The notes: generated by a model not told the origin, from the sequence alone. A DNA stretch of 64,000 bases from an uncultured delta proteobacterium (GCA_963712115.1 CAVQGX010000043.1:73072-137071); one strand, 5' to 3'; shown: positions 20,081 to 30,858, counted from the first letter of the stretch. Program-made: numbers and translations.

Positions 20081-21976
20081 ATGGGGTTAGGCGAACATAG
20101 GGTTTACTACGGTCTGGTCATGGCCTTCGGCCTCCTGTTCGTCCTTCCCAGCCTGGGTTTTATCAATTTTGCCTTCAAGTATGACTTTTTCGCCGACCGA
20201 GACATAACTTACTACTTTCTCTCCATCCTCATCTTTTCCTATCTGGGGTTTTTCATACTTCGCTCGCATGCAGATAGAATCCGTAGCATTTCCGAAAACT
20301 TGGAACTGTCGCTACCAGAGGTTCAGCAAGACTCCAGCAAAAAGCAGACGAGCGAGCTAAATCGGATTGTCTTTTCCTTTCATCAGTTGATCGAGAGATT
20401 GGAGAAAAACAATCAAGCGCTTGAATCACGTGCATGGCAGCTTCGCTCCTTTGGAGAAGTAATGCAGCTTAGTCCGGCCACCCCGAATACCACTGGTCTA
20501 TTGAAGTTGGGTTTGCAGAAGGCCTGCGAAGGAGTTGGTGCCGGACGGGGTTGGGTATTATTGCTGGACGAAAGCCGTCGACACCACTTCAAAGTTGCCT
20601 GTGAGGTGGATACAAACGGTGGCCGCCAGAGCCGAGAGGGGTTCAAAATTGCTTTCAGCGATACTAAGGCAAAAGATGCTGTGATCCAGCGAAGCCCGAG
20701 ATTCCTTAGTGCGCCTTTCTGGCAGGAAGAGGTGAATGAGCCAGATGACCAGATGGTGGATGACAAGGGAATCGCGCTTGTTGTGCCTCTCATAACGGGT
20801 AGAGACGTGTTTGGTGTCATGTGTCTCGAGGATAAGCAAGGAAGCCTATCTTTTTCGCCCGCAGATCTCGACTATGTCCTGCCGTTGGCCGCTTTTCTCT
20901 CCTACCGTTACGAAAATATTAAGCTTAGGAAGCTAATCGCCACCCAGTCCAGTCAATACAATTGCCTCGCCGCCTTCAACAATATTTGCAATAAGGGGCT
21001 GGTGCAGGGAAAAGTGTTTCAGCTGTTAATCAAAGAACTACAAAATTTTGTACCGGTAACTGTGTCCTTTCTAGCTCTTTTTGAAAACGCTCAAGAACAA
21101 TTGAAACTATTGGAAGTGGCCTCTAAGGAACCAATTTCACTTCGCCGAGGTATGGCTTTGCCTCTCAACCAGAGTCTCTTGAGGTTGGTGCTGGAGGAAA
21201 ACAGGGAAATCTATCGAGAGGACGTCACCGGGAAAGTTCACCCTCTGGAAGCACGCTGGTTCCGAGAATTAGGTATCAACTCATGTTACCTGGCTCCCTT
21301 CCGTATTCAAGGTGTCAATGCTGGAATTCTGTTCGTCGGAAGCGATACAAAAAGAGGTTTTTCCGATCCTCAGCGAGTCATCTTGAAGCAAGCATGCGAT
21401 TATCTAGGATTGGCCGTGCACAATCAGATGCTCTTGCAGCAGAGAGATGAGCAAGGTCGGGAACTTGAAGCTTTCAACAGAATAGGAAATGTAGTGACTT
21501 CATCTCTATTTGATTTGGACGACGTTTTGGATAAGGTTGGAACCCTGATTGGCCAAATGATAACGGTTGAGGCTGGCGCCATTTATCTTCAGGAGAAGGA
21601 CGGTCTAGCTGTCAAAAAAAGCTTTGGAACCAAGGGAGACAGAATTGAGCCATTTCGGATGAAAAGGATCGAAGGAATATGCGGTTATGTGATGTCTCGG
21701 GGAGAATCTGTGCTCGTGCGAGATGCCTCACAAAACCCTCACCTGTCCTCAATGGTCAGAGATTTCGGTGGAACAAAAGCACGTTCAATTTTATGTGTGC
21801 CTATGGTGGTTGGTGGAGAGGTGATAGGTGCAATTCATATGTGGAACAAGGAACAGGGCCCATTTACTGCTCATGATAATAAACTAATTAAATCAGTGGC
21901 CGCCAGCCTAGCAACAGCTGTTGCAGGTGCTAGGTTCCGCCAGATCTGCCACGATTTTACCATAAATGAGGTTTAG
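20081..21976 (+). CDS. Membrane protein with 2 TM helices and three GAF domains, no output domain
   Basis: Two hydrophobic segments at the N-terminus; GAF motifs ALVVPL...FS..D, LAPF...GIL...FS and RSILCVPM...IGAI...NK...FT..D. The start may be the upstream TTG at 19970. Confidence 0.82.
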   Translation: MGLGEHRVYYGLVMAFGLLFVLPSLGFINFAFKYDFFADRDITYYFLSILIFSYLGFFILRSHADRIRSISENLELSLPEVQQDSSKKQTSELNRIVFSFHQLIERLEKNNQALESRAWQLRSFGEVMQLSPATPNTTGLLKLGLQKACEGVGAGRGWVLLLDESRRHHFKVACEVDTNGGRQSREGFKIAFSDTKAKDAVIQRSPRFLSAPFWQEEVNEPDDQMVDDKGIALVVPLITGRDVFGVMCLEDKQGSLSFSPADLDYVLPLAAFLSYRYENIKLRKLIATQSSQYNCLAAFNNICNKGLVQGKVFQLLIKELQNFVPVTVSFLALFENAQEQLKLLEVASKEPISLRRGMALPLNQSLLRLVLEENREIYREDVTGKVHPLEARWFRELGINSCYLAPFRIQGVNAGILFVGSDTKRGFSDPQRVILKQACDYLGLAVHNQMLLQQRDEQGRELEAFNRIGNVVTSSLFDLDDVLDKVGTLIGQMITVEAGAIYLQEKDGLAVKKSFGTKGDRIEPFRMKRIEGICGYVMSRGESVLVRDASQNPHLSSMVRDFGGTKARSILCVPMVVGGEVIGAIHMWNKEQGPFTAHDNKLIKSVAASLATAVAGARFRQICHDFTINEV

Positions 21977-22058
21977 ACTTCGATAATAGTCCAGGTTTAA
22001 TTCCTAGGATGTTTGGCAGTGTTTGAGTGATGATAACCTGATGATTGGGAGGACCCCC

Positions 22059-22499
22059 ATGCAGAACTCCAACCTTGAATCACCTCGAGCTCACATTTTG
22101 CTTGTCGAACGGAATCGGGGTGCTCTTGAGCTCCTTGAAACAATGCTTTGTTGGAAGGGTTATCGGGTGACCACAGCCGTAGATGGTCTTGACGGTTTGG
22201 AGAAATTCCGTCTTGGACATTTCAACCTCATTCTCACCAATCTTTCTACTTCAAGAATATCAGGCTGGGAGTTAGGCCGTATAGTCAAGAGCAGCCCATC
22301 TTCAGTGCCTGTGGCCCTGATTACCGGTCTGGATTTCGGCACCAGACCAGACCACTCCCCCTTCGATGCCATTATCCCCGAGCCCTTTCCCTTTGATGAA
22401 TTAGAGTTTATGGTTAATTCGCTGATTGAATGTCGGAATGGAGGAGCTGCACCGGCAAACTCAGCAAAGAGCGTGCCGCTGGAGGAAGGCAGATTATGA
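22059..22499 (+). CDS. Pseudo-receiver (stand-alone REC lacking the phospho-Asp)
   Basis: REC fold with ILLVERN, LILTNL, ITG and IPEPF; GGAGG SD before ATG 22059. Confidence 0.8.
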   Translation: MQNSNLESPRAHILLVERNRGALELLETMLCWKGYRVTTAVDGLDGLEKFRLGHFNLILTNLSTSRISGWELGRIVKSSPSSVPVALITGLDFGTRPDHSPFDAIIPEPFPFDELEFMVNSLIECRNGGAAPANSAKSVPLEEGRL

Positions 22500-23297
22500 T
22501 TGCTCCTTTGCGCGGTTATTCAGATATGAGATGAGCGATTTCTCAACTTCCTTTATTTCCTTTAGCGCAGGCAGATTACTGCAAAGCCTCTCAACATAAT
22601 GTCTTTCTAGTACCTCACGGCATGAGATCGAAAAGTTGAGGTCAAATACCCATCCAAGGCGTAACAATATCATGTCGTTTCGGTTTTGCACTGAGCTAAA
22701 GTCCGGGATCTTTCTCTCCATAAGTTCAGTCACTATTCCACGGTTGAAAGAATTGCTAGTAGGTATGACACCCTCTAGGGTTTCCAATAGGTTACCATGT
22801 CCTTCCAGTTCGGTGATGACCACGCGCCATATGTCCAGCTTGTCTGCATCCCGGAGGAGTCGGGAAAAAAAATCCTGCCTTTGGGAGAGATTCAGAGGTA
22901 GTTTTCGCACATTGTGATGGCGAATTGCTATTTGGATCAGCTCCCGATCCTCTGCCTTTAGACCCATTAAGATCTCGTGTTGAGAGATTACCTCAAGACC
23001 TAGTAGAGCGTGATCCTCAGATGCACTATCATTGAAAGTGGAATAATTCTTCCACTGAGGAAAGCGGCCGATATCGTGAAATAGAGCAGCTGTCTCAGCC
23101 AGTAGTAAATCCTTATCCCTCATACCTGACTCTCGACCTAAAAAAACTATTTCTTTGCAGGTGCGTTTAGTATGCTGCTCTTTCAGGAGGATAGGCTTCA
23201 GCCCATCTCCCTGCAATTCATAGTAGAGGGCAACGTATTGCTTGAACCAGTCTTTGAAGTAATCCAGCTCTGTTTGTTGCATGATGATGGAATCCAA
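22494..23297 (-). CDS. HD-domain phosphohydrolase
   Basis: LKEQHT, LFHDIGRF, DHALLG, IRHHN, LRDADKLDI. Confidence 0.88.
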   Translation of the reverse strand: MDSIIMQQTELDYFKDWFKQYVALYYELQGDGLKPILLKEQHTKRTCKEIVFLGRESGMRDKDLLLAETAALFHDIGRFPQWKNYSTFNDSASEDHALLGLEVISQHEILMGLKAEDRELIQIAIRHHNVRKLPLNLSQRQDFFSRLLRDADKLDIWRVVITELEGHGNLLETLEGVIPTSNSFNRGIVTELMERKIPDFSSVQNRNDMILLRLGWVFDLNFSISCREVLERHYVERLCSNLPALKEIKEVEKSLISYLNNRAKEQS

Positions 23298-23665
23298 AAA
23301 GCCCCTAAATCTCCCTTTTATCCTCCCCCACCCCCCGGAAGCGGGGTCTTTGCCACAGGAGGGAAAAGGAGTTGGCTGACAAACTCCAAAAGGGGCTTGC
23401 TGCTAATGTCATGGCCTGGGACCGTCCGATTATATTTACACTTGGACAGTATCTTAATAGTATAAAGAATTCAGTAGCTAGATGCCAGTAGTCAAAGAGC
23501 ATATTAATTTGGCGAGACGTGCGAGACGGGGATATTCAGCTGGCAGCGGTCAGCTCGCAGCCAGCAGGAATGATTTTATAGACAAGATATCTTTCTCCTG
23601 CCCGCTGTCTGCTGCAAGCTGGATGATGCACCATGCTCCATGCCCATTTTTCTGAAGGGGATTAT

Positions 23666-24595
23666 ATGACAGAGTCATTGCTGAATGCCAAATATTTGGG
23701 AGGTATGGTGGGTAGCGCTATCGGCGATGCCATGGGCGAGCTTGCTTTTCAGTATCCAGATAGAAATATGCTAATTGGCGCGGCAGAGAGAATGGCGGAA
23801 CTGCGCTACACGGATGATACTGCCATGGCAATCGGCTTGGCCACGTCCCTCGTCAATAAAGGGCACGTAGAGGGGCACCACCTGGGTGAAACCTTTCACC
23901 GCAATTTTGAAAAGGAACCATGGAGAGGATATGCAACAGGACCTCCAACAATATTTTCTCTGGTCCGTTCCAAGGAAATCACCTACGTGGATGCAGCCCA
24001 GATGTTGTTCGGCGGCAGTGGCTCTTTTGGTAATGGGGCTGCCATGCGCATTGTTCCCTTGGGTCTTCTCTTTCACAATTCCCGGCAGATTTATGAATTC
24101 GCCTGTAAATCGGCTGAGGTCACCCATGGGCATCCAATTGGAAAAGATGGGGCGGCAGTGCAGGCTTTGGCTGTGGCACAAGCTGTGAGGCTTGACTCGA
24201 CAGAGGCATTTCGTCCAGAAGATTTTGTTCGTTACCTGATAGACTTTGCGCGTACCAGTGAGATAAGGGAAAAGCTCGAGCTCCTGAAAGAGCTGCTAAA
24301 TGAGGATGTCCCTCCACCGATTGTGGCTAAACAACTAGGCCAGAGTGTTGCCGTGCATGAGTCGCTGCCTTTCGCCATTTATTCCTTCCTTCGATTTCCA
24401 AGTTCCTTCGAGGACTGCCTTTATTGTGCTATTATGCATGGCGGCGATCGAGACACCCTGGGTGCTATGGCTGGAGCTATATCAGGAGCTTATCTGGGGT
24501 TTGAGGCAATTCCGCTGTTGTGGCGTACCAAGCTGGAAAATCGAGAGAAAATAGAAAGGTTGGCGCTGGAGTTAGCCAGGAAAACACTCAGCTAG
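23666..24595 (+). CDS. ADP-ribosylglycohydrolase (DraG/ARH family)
   Basis: AIGDAMG, YTDDT, GNGAAMR, GGDRDT. Confidence 0.92.
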   Translation: MTESLLNAKYLGGMVGSAIGDAMGELAFQYPDRNMLIGAAERMAELRYTDDTAMAIGLATSLVNKGHVEGHHLGETFHRNFEKEPWRGYATGPPTIFSLVRSKEITYVDAAQMLFGGSGSFGNGAAMRIVPLGLLFHNSRQIYEFACKSAEVTHGHPIGKDGAAVQALAVAQAVRLDSTEAFRPEDFVRYLIDFARTSEIREKLELLKELLNEDVPPPIVAKQLGQSVAVHESLPFAIYSFLRFPSSFEDCLYCAIMHGGDRDTLGAMAGAISGAYLGFEAIPLLWRTKLENREKIERLALELARKTLS

Positions 24596-24689
24596 ACAGG
24601 CGAGAAAAGCGAGAAATGATATCAAGCTTGGAGACATTAGTGCCTTTCTCGGGTTAAAGGCTATGTGATGATAACTTTAGGAGTTTATT

Positions 24690-25754
24690 ATGACTGAGTT
24701 GAAAAGCCAGGGAGAACCAACTGTTCTCGTTCAACGACATGGTCGCATGGTGAGTATAATTCTTAACCGTCCAAGGGTTCTAAACAGTCTTAATTTAGAG
24801 ATGATTCGCTTGATCGACAAGGTCTTGGACGAGGCTGAGGCAGATAAGCACTGCCAGTTTATTTTGTTCTATGGGGCCGGAGAGAGGGGGTTTTGCGCCG
24901 GGGGAGATATAAAGGCAATTGCCCGGGCTGTGCAGGAGAAAAGCACGCCGTCGGCTGAACAGATCCTGGAAGAGGAATACGATTTGTGCCTGAGGATTCA
25001 TCGTTTTGCAAAACCCATAATCGTCTTGGCAGATGGCATTATTATGGGTGCAGGACTGGGGTTGGCCGCTGCGGCTGATCTGTTGGTGGCAACAGAGAAA
25101 ACCCGCATGGCCATGCCGGAGACCAGAATCGGTTTTTTCCCGGACGTGGGAGCAACAGGATGGATGTTCAGCAAATGCCCTAAAGGTTATCCGGAGTATC
25201 TGGGGCTTACCGGATACGAAATGGTTGGCGCGGAGGCAGTGCGCGTGGGCTTTGCCAGCCACTTGGTGAGATCCGAAAGGTTGCCAGAACTGGTGAGTGC
25301 ACTTGAAAGATATTCCGGAAGCCTCTCCCAGACTAGATCGCATGGGGCGGAAGCTCTACTTGCAGAGTTAGATCATTTCTTCGACAAAAATATTCCTAGT
25401 AATCCGGACATGGACCAGTGGGTAGCGGCTTACTTTGCTGGTAAAAGTTCAATGGTAGAAATTATGGAATCGCTTCGCCAGTGTACCATTGAGGCCCAGT
25501 TATGCGACGGGGTTTTCACCAGGCTAGCCGAGCGCTCTCCGACGGCAGTGGTGCTCACTCTAAAGCTTCTGCGACACAATGAGATTCAACCTCTAGAGGA
25601 AGTTTTTCGAGCCGATCTCAAGGTTGCCCGTTTCATTTTGGCACATCCCGACTACGTGGAGGGTGTGCGGGCTCGCCTCGTGGACAAAGATGATAACCCT
25701 CAGTGGCAACCCGCTAACATTGAAGAAGTGGGTGATTTGGACATAGACCTCTAG
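24690..25754 (+). CDS. 3-hydroxyisobutyryl-CoA hydrolase-like crotonase
   Basis: LNRPRVLNSL, FCAGGD, AMPETRIGFFPDVG, EGVRARLVDKD..PQW. Confidence 0.88.
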   Translation: MTELKSQGEPTVLVQRHGRMVSIILNRPRVLNSLNLEMIRLIDKVLDEAEADKHCQFILFYGAGERGFCAGGDIKAIARAVQEKSTPSAEQILEEEYDLCLRIHRFAKPIIVLADGIIMGAGLGLAAAADLLVATEKTRMAMPETRIGFFPDVGATGWMFSKCPKGYPEYLGLTGYEMVGAEAVRVGFASHLVRSERLPELVSALERYSGSLSQTRSHGAEALLAELDHFFDKNIPSNPDMDQWVAAYFAGKSSMVEIMESLRQCTIEAQLCDGVFTRLAERSPTAVVLTLKLLRHNEIQPLEEVFRADLKVARFILAHPDYVEGVRARLVDKDDNPQWQPANIEEVGDLDIDL

Positions 25755-25834
25755 ACCCACAGCCGAATGATCGAGCTGGATAGTGCCAGGATGTGTGATA
25801 AGGGATATAGGTTGTTCGGGAGACAGGAGTCTGA

Positions 25835-27043
25835 ATGACAGAACAAGCCTTAATGCTAGGAGTAAACTATTGGCCACAAAAAACGGCCATGTTTATGTGG
25901 CGAGAGTTCGACAAAGCCGTCATGGACCAAGATGTGGAGATAATTAGCGGACTGGGTCTTTCCTTTATAAGGATTTACCTTCTTTGGGAGGATTTCCAGC
26001 CAACCCCTAAAACCGTTCCTGCCATTATGTTGGACCGGCTGGTGGAATTGTTGGAGACGGCGGATGAGAAGAATATCAAGGTAGTAGTGACCCTTTTCGC
26101 TGGACACATTTGTGGTTTGAACTGGCTCCCCCCGTGGATGCTTCTGGCTTCTGCTGATCGGAATCAATCTCAGGTATTTTCTTTGGGCAAAGTTCGTTTC
26201 AATGGAATAAGGAATCCTTACGCTGAACCCGACATCATGGAAAGCCAAATTTATTTCCTCGGAGAGCTGGAAAACGCTGTATCTGGGCACCCTGCCCTTT
26301 TCGGTTGGGATTTGGGCAATGAACCTTCACGGTGGTCTTTTTCTGCCGACAACTTTGCAGTTGAAATTTGGCTGCAAGCGATGACTGAAACACTGAAAAA
26401 AAAGGACGATAGGGTGCTACTGACCTTAAATTTGCATGTTAGCGATCTCGGGCGAAGTAAAGGTCTCACACCAAGTCTGGTAGCTAAATACTTGGATTAT
26501 TTATCTATTAGCGGTCATCCGCAGGGTGTTCCCTGGGCTGAGGATCCTTTTTCTCCTGCTCTTCCTTGCTTTCTGGGTACTGTGGCCGGCTGGCTGGGAA
26601 AATTTCCGGTGATGATCCAAGAATTCGGATTAGCCACTAAGAGCATTTTGCCCGGACCCCGGGATTCTGACCAGGGAAGCAAGGGTGATCAGCTGTTGGT
26701 CAGTGAGGAAGATGCTGCTATGTACGCAACGGATGTCATATTGCACCTGCGAAGATTGCACTTGATGGGTGCATTCTGGAAGTCGTACGGAGACTACCAT
26801 CCATCCATTTGGGAGTGGCCGCCCTTGAACAACCATACAACCGAGCGCTTCTCCGGCCTAGTCCGGTATGACGGCACCCCCAAGGTTGCTGCTTCAGTGT
26901 TTAAGTCTGAGCCCAGCGGATTAGAGAAGGAAGGGATCTCTTCAAAATGGACCGATTTGTCCCAAGAAGAATACTACCGAGACCCAGATCAGCACTTGAG
27001 AAGGCTCTATGGACGTTTTCTGGACTATTATTCTTTCCCATAG
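25835..27043 (+). CDS. Clan GH-A glycoside hydrolase (GH5/mannanase-like)
   Basis: GVNYWP, WEDFQP, acid/base WDLGNEP, nucleophile QEFG. Confidence 0.8.
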   Translation: MTEQALMLGVNYWPQKTAMFMWREFDKAVMDQDVEIISGLGLSFIRIYLLWEDFQPTPKTVPAIMLDRLVELLETADEKNIKVVVTLFAGHICGLNWLPPWMLLASADRNQSQVFSLGKVRFNGIRNPYAEPDIMESQIYFLGELENAVSGHPALFGWDLGNEPSRWSFSADNFAVEIWLQAMTETLKKKDDRVLLTLNLHVSDLGRSKGLTPSLVAKYLDYLSISGHPQGVPWAEDPFSPALPCFLGTVAGWLGKFPVMIQEFGLATKSILPGPRDSDQGSKGDQLLVSEEDAAMYATDVILHLRRLHLMGAFWKSYGDYHPSIWEWPPLNNHTTERFSGLVRYDGTPKVAASVFKSEPSGLEKEGISSKWTDLSQEEYYRDPDQHLRRLYGRFLDYYSFP

Positions 27044-27233
27044 CGCAAAGGTCAATGGCTTGAGGAGCAAGGCCAGTTGATCGAATTCAGCAGCCAGTAT
27101 TCAGAAGCCAGGAGATTCTGAATTCTTTCTCCTTTACCCTGCGCCTTCAGCCTTGTGCCTGATAATTTTATGGTGGGCATTGCCCAGCAAGAGTGGCATT
27201 TTGTATAAATCTATCGACTGAGAGAATAGGTGG

Positions 27234-28175
27234 ATGATGAAAAAATGTCTTGTAACTGGCGGGGCGGGATTCATCGGCTCAAATCTGGTCGAGAATTTAG
27301 TCGGTGCATCCGCTCAGGTTAAGGTTCTGGACAACCTGAGTTCGGGGTTGTTGCAGAATCTAGAACCATTCCGGAAATATATTGAATTCAAACAAGGAGA
27401 CGTGAGGGATCTAGGCACTTTGCAGGAAATGATGTCTGGCGTTGAGGTGGTTTTTCACCAGGCTGCCCTGGTATCAGTTCCTCAATCTATCGAAGATCCC
27501 ATTGAGGCGGCCATGGTAAATGATCTTGGCACGCTCAATGTTCTGGAAGCTGCCCGTCATAGTGGGGTTAAAAGGGTAGTATTTGCTAGTTCGTGCGCTG
27601 TTTACGGCGATCTACCCCAACTGCCCAAAAAGGAAGAGATGGACACCAAGCCGTTGAGCCCTTACGCAGCCAGCAAATTACACGGAGAGACCTATGCCAG
27701 ACTGTATAGAAATTTGTATGGACTCGAGACTGTCTGCCTTCGATATTTCAACGTTTACGGCCCCAGGCAAGATCCCAGCTCCCCCTATTCGGGGGTAATA
27801 TCCATTTTCATGGACAAGGCTGCTAGAGGCAAACCGCCCACCATCTACGGAGATGGGGAACAGTGCCGGGATTTTGTCTATGTGGCCGATGTTGTTCAGG
27901 CCAATCTGCTGGCTGCTCAACGAGAGAACATCTCCTCCGTACTTATCAACGTGGGCACTGGCAAATCAGTGACGGTGAACAGTCTTTGGAAAAATATCGC
28001 TGAGCTTGCAGGTGTGCAAGATGAGCCAGAGAGAGCTAATTTTCGTCCCGGAGACATTCGGCAGTCGGTTGCCGAGATCTCCCGGGCCTACGAGCTGTTG
28101 GACTTCGAGCCTCGTTACAGTCTCGAGGAGGGACTAAAACTCACCTGGGATTGGTACCGGAAGCGCATAGGGTAA
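27234..28175 (+). CDS. NAD-dependent epimerase/dehydratase (extended SDR)
   Basis: TGGAGFIG, YAASK, RYFNVYGPRQ. Confidence 0.92.
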   Translation: MMKKCLVTGGAGFIGSNLVENLVGASAQVKVLDNLSSGLLQNLEPFRKYIEFKQGDVRDLGTLQEMMSGVEVVFHQAALVSVPQSIEDPIEAAMVNDLGTLNVLEAARHSGVKRVVFASSCAVYGDLPQLPKKEEMDTKPLSPYAASKLHGETYARLYRNLYGLETVCLRYFNVYGPRQDPSSPYSGVISIFMDKAARGKPPTIYGDGEQCRDFVYVADVVQANLLAAQRENISSVLINVGTGKSVTVNSLWKNIAELAGVQDEPERANFRPGDIRQSVAEISRAYELLDFEPRYSLEEGLKLTWDWYRKRIG

Positions 28176-30107
28176 TTATAGATTGTGGATTTCTATGGGT
28201 TCTACCGGTTCCGGGAGCTCGAAATCGAAAACTCTGGAATAAAAATATAATTCACTGTCCAAGGCGCGTTTAATAGTTTCAGCCCGGCGGAAACCGTGCT
28301 GTTCACCTTCAAAGGGAATATATGCCACTGGTAGGCCCTTGGATTGTAAAGCCTCTAGCATCATCTCTGCCTGATTTGGGGGGACCACCTCGTCCTCGAG
28401 TCCCTGGAACAGTATCAAGGGACAAGAGAGTAAATGGCTGTAATGTATGGGGGAACGTTGGCGATAGATGTCCAGCCTATCCGGATAGGGCCCCACGAGT
28501 CGGTCGAGGTATCTGGCCTCGAATTTGTGGGTTTCCTTAGCCAGGGCTTCGAGATCACTGATTCCATAGTAACTGGCCCCAGCTTTGAATGTATGGCGGA
28601 AGGTTAGAGCGCAGAGGGTAGTATATCCTCCGGCACTGCTGCCACGAATGGCAAGGCGCTCCCCGTCTACCCAGCCCTGCTCTACCAAAAAACGTGCGCC
28701 ATTAACGCAATCGTTAACATCGACAATTCCCCATTGCCCTTCCAGCCTCTGCCGATAAGAGCGACCATAACCGCTGCTACCCCCGTAGTTTACATCCAAC
28801 ACAGCAAAACCCCTGCTGGTCCAGTACTGAATATCCCAAACGAGAGAGGTCGAGGTGGCAGCAGTGGGACCTCCATGAATCTTAACTAGCAGTGGTGGCA
28901 ACTCGTCCGCCGGAGCTTGGTGGTCGCAGTTCTGGGGCGGATAAAAGAAAGCGTGTGAAGTTTTTCCATGTTCTGCAGGAAATTCAATGGCTTTTGGAAT
29001 AGATATGTAGCCTTTGTCTACCTCGATATCACTCGATGATCGCAGAGGGTGAAATTTCCTGCCCTCGAGATCAAATCGAATGATAGAGGCAGCTTGGGTT
29101 GGGGAGCCGGCGCAGAATACTGCTTGTTTTGAGGAGGCCCGCAGGTTCCAAATTTCGCTGAAAGGAGTTTCAATCTCCGCTAGATCGCCGAAAGCACAGT
29201 CAAGACTGGCCAGATGCCAGACCCCCTTGCTAGTATAAGTACAAATGATGCGATCTGTGGACTCGAATCCATAGGTAGACATGGAAAGCAGCCACTGCGG
29301 TCTGCCGAACTCCCAATCCCTCGGACAGACTGGCTCTACCTGATCGTGGCGATAGCGGTACAAATTCCACCACTCGTTTCTATCGGAGACGAAATAAAGC
29401 ACACCATCTGGGGACCATTCCGGCTGGAAGATGGATTCACTTATACCACCTGCCACCTTCAATCTCTCACCAATTGAGCTGTCGGATCTAATCTTTCCCA
29501 CCCAGAGCTCGGTTCCATCCCAGGGGAGATTGGGGTGATTCCAGGTAAGCCAGGCCAAAGATGAACCGTCGGGACTAATCCGAGGAGAACTATAAAAATC
29601 ATTGTGGGCAACTAGAACGTGTTCTTCTTGGTTGTTGCGCATGTCTAAAGCAACTATGGTGTTAACTGGCTCTCTTGCTCTGGTGCTGTGGTCTTCCCTT
29701 ACACAAATCAGCCGGTTTCGTAATTTGTCCACTGTAATGTCGCCATACCGTCTGGCTCCTGGAGAGTTTAAAGATCGTGGTTCAAGGTTTGATTTTTGCT
29801 GGTACAATCCCTGATCGGCGAAGTTGGAGAAATAAACAGTTCCATCCGAGACAACGAAGGCCCCACCCCCATATTCATGGACCCGGCTACGCACATCAAA
29901 GTGTTTTGGAGTGAGGTCTTCTATTTTGCCACTGGGACTCCACCTGACAATGACATTGCGGCCACCTTCTGCCGGCCGAGACTCGCTCCAGTAAACGTCA
30001 CTGCCATCGAGAAAAATCTGTACTAGTTTTATGGTCTCGGAGACAATTAATTCTGAGGTAATGGGGGATCTCCATGATCCATAGGGCGCCACTTGCACAC
30101 TACTCAT
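28176..30107 (-). CDS. S9 family peptidase (acylaminoacyl-peptidase-like)
   Basis: [23 protein letters not shown] and GEQHGF catalytic triad. Confidence 0.92.
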   Translation of the reverse strand: MSSVQVAPYGSWRSPITSELIVSETIKLVQIFLDGSDVYWSESRPAEGGRNVIVRWSPSGKIEDLTPKHFDVRSRVHEYGGGAFVVSDGTVYFSNFADQGLYQQKSNLEPRSLNSPGARRYGDITVDKLRNRLICVREDHSTRAREPVNTIVALDMRNNQEEHVLVAHNDFYSSPRISPDGSSLAWLTWNHPNLPWDGTELWVGKIRSDSSIGERLKVAGGISESIFQPEWSPDGVLYFVSDRNEWWNLYRYRHDQVEPVCPRDWEFGRPQWLLSMSTYGFESTDRIICTYTSKGVWHLASLDCAFGDLAEIETPFSEIWNLRASSKQAVFCAGSPTQAASIIRFDLEGRKFHPLRSSSDIEVDKGYISIPKAIEFPAEHGKTSHAFFYPPQNCDHQAPADELPPLLVKIHGGPTAATSTSLVWDIQYWTSRGFAVLDVNYGGSSGYGRSYRQRLEGQWGIVDVNDCVNGARFLVEQGWVDGERLAIRGSSAGGYTTLCALTFRHTFKAGASYYGISDLEALAKETHKFEARYLDRLVGPYPDRLDIYRQRSPIHYSHLLSCPLILFQGLEDEVVPPNQAEMMLEALQSKGLPVAYIPFEGEQHGFRRAETIKRALDSELYFYSRVFDFELPEPVEPIEIHNL

Positions 30108-30317
30108 CCTAGACTTCCTCTTAAGCAGTGTAAATAACACACTGATATAACATTAATATTAATATTACTCTTTATAATTTACATTAATTCCTACTTAATT
30201 CCCAAATTCTTCTTGGCTTGCTGGATGTCGCCTTGATTGAAAAACTCCGGATAGTAATCCAGGGCAATTCTCTCCAAGCTCAGTCCACCCTCCCTGTCCA
30301 ATTTTGTGGCAACTTCC

Positions 30318-30632
30318 TCATTTCCAACTCGGAGTCCGCCATTGAACAAAAGGGATGACTCTCAGGTAATTACCTTCAAATTCTCTCCATTTTCCAATTC
30401 TCTTTGCTTCGGCTGAGCCGATTATCCTCTCAGTGTCCTCCTCGCATTTATAGAGTAGTTCCTCCAGAGTCGGCTTGCTCCCCGTAAGGTGGTTTTGTTG
30501 CTTGTCCACATATTCGCCCAGGGATTTCAAGATAAGCTCTCTCAAGGTTATTCCCTCAAGTGCCGCAGTGGCTTTCGCCTTTCGGTGCAACTCCCGTGGA
30601 AAGGGTCTTATAGTGTAGGCCGAGTCTGCCAT
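30318..30632 (-). CDS. Ribbon-helix-helix DNA-binding protein with extra C-terminal domain
   Basis: YTIRPFPRELHRKAKATAALEGITLRELI RHH pattern; GGGAGG SD; palindrome over its promoter. Confidence 0.7.
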   Translation of the reverse strand: MADSAYTIRPFPRELHRKAKATAALEGITLRELILKSLGEYVDKQQNHLTGSKPTLEELLYKCEEDTERIIGSAEAKRIGKWREFEGNYLRVIPFVQWRTPSWK

Positions 30633-30858
30633 TGTGTCCCTCCCTTCTGTATTTACTATTTTAATAGTAGATGTAGCTTAAATAGTCAACATCTAAAGCC
30701 TAGGTGGTCTTGGCATGGATGGTTTTGCCATTACCAACTTCTCATAACACCTTGAGATCACATATAACGTGATTATACTAACCAATAAGAAAAGTTCATC
30801 CCCTGCCGCCGGGGAAGGGGAAAGCTAGTTGTCGGACAGCATACTAAAGGAGATTGTC

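Noticed and set aside
23666-24595. DraG/DraT nitrogenase switch or ADP-ribosylation toxin-antitoxin system
   Set aside because: No ADP-ribosyltransferase or nif gene in the window.
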